A DNA stretch of 64,000 nucleotides from Chiloscyllium plagiosum (Eukaryota): positions 28,757,309 through 28,821,308 of the forward strand of contig NC_057719.1 of NCBI RefSeq assembly GCF_004010195.1, in the 5' to 3' direction. The position numbers were made by a program, and so were the translations under genes. The notes under the pieces were generated by a model. The model was not told where the DNA came from, did not search any database, and was given only the letters and a program-made list of their open reading frames with translations. This document shows positions 63,972 through 64,000 of the stretch, piece after piece. The number at the start of each line of letters is the position of its first letter. Position 1 is the first letter of the stretch.

Positions 63972-64000
63972 TGGGGTGGCACGGTGGCTCAGTGGTTAGC
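63972..64000 (+). mobile_element. Start of HE1-type SINE (cut by window edge)
   Basis: ggggtggcacggtggctcagtggttagc. Confidence 0.8.

Overview
Eukaryotic, AT-rich, repeat-dense genomic DNA. The HE1-type V-SINEs, HER1/CR1 LINEs and Deu-core SINEs point to a shark; an orectolobiform such as a bamboo shark is my guess. The only host gene I can support is MNAT1 (MAT1, CDK-activating kinase assembly factor) on the minus strand. Coding exons 1-4 lie at 39324-39412, 22871-23023, 11875-11948 and 7896-7999 (89/153/74/104 nt, all GT-AG). They give 140 aa including the C3HC4 RING, and the gene continues off the left edge. The rest is mostly decayed mobile DNA: many CR1 fragments, L2 fragments, HE1 and Deu SINEs, two TA-target MITEs, a solo LTR, a Gmr1-like Gypsy relic and many Penelope-like elements (PLEs) of several families. 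The most notable structure is that the PLE termini repeatedly carry minimal type I hammerhead ribozyme motifs (CUGANGA-N-stemII-GAAA-NN-UH). Many PLE copies are fold-back palindromes, including a 3.6-kb element with about 1.17-kb inverted arms nested three deep in MNAT1 intron 1. A 628-N assembly gap lies at 37446-38073. I see no convincing wholly novel system; the candidates below are known biology in unusual arrangements, or testable inferences. Repeat boundaries were read by eye and are approximate unless a TSD is quoted.
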